Origin: an uncultured Gemmatimonadales bacterium
Lineage (GTDB): Bacteria > Gemmatimonadota > Gemmatimonadetes > Longimicrobiales > Gaopeijiaceae
Assembly (NCBI GenBank): GCA_963823035.1
Contig: CAWGKG010000014.1
Coordinates: 128,001-192,000 of the forward strand
Length of the DNA: 64,000 nt
Direction: 5' to 3'
A program made the position numbers and the translations under genes. Below are positions 63,967 through 64,000 of the stretch, piece after piece. Under the pieces are notes generated by a model. It was not told the origin of the DNA and made no database searches. It saw only the letters and a program-made list of their open reading frames with translations. The stretch's first letter is position 1. Each line of letters begins with the position of its first letter.

Positions 63967-64000
63967 TCTATCTCGGGTCCTTCTGTAGTCCTTCGTGCGT

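Overview
High-GC bacterial window, probably Gemmatimonadota or a related FCB-group lineage. This is inferred from the SecA insertions, the EF-Tu variant and gene order, and was not checked by search. From right to left it contains: (1) 44.4-64 kb, fusA-tuf followed by the S10, spc and alpha ribosomal protein operons, an unknown membrane protein and rpmB, all on the minus strand. (2) 17.0-44.3 kb, a large Wzx/Wzy polysaccharide locus: wza and wzc on the plus strand; glycosyltransferases, flippase, Wzy-like proteins, asnB, rmlD-cysQ-rmlA-rmlB, a WecA-like fusion and a UDP-HexNAc dehydrogenase on the minus strand. (3) secA. (4) A 2.7 kb segment carrying a vapBC-type toxin-antitoxin pair and a DUF222-HNH gene, bracketed by the secA 3' end and a decayed second copy of it. 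(5) 1-10.4 kb, a compositionally foreign second glycan cluster ending in an unusual cassette of GT4, dTMP-kinase-like, GT4, nucleotidyltransferase, phosphoribosyltransferase and HAD phosphatase genes. The best candidates for new biology are this cassette and the secA-anchored element. Many genes, including essential ones (secA, secY, tuf, rplQ, rplX), carry frameshifts. These are most likely sequencing indels, so boundaries of split genes are approximate.
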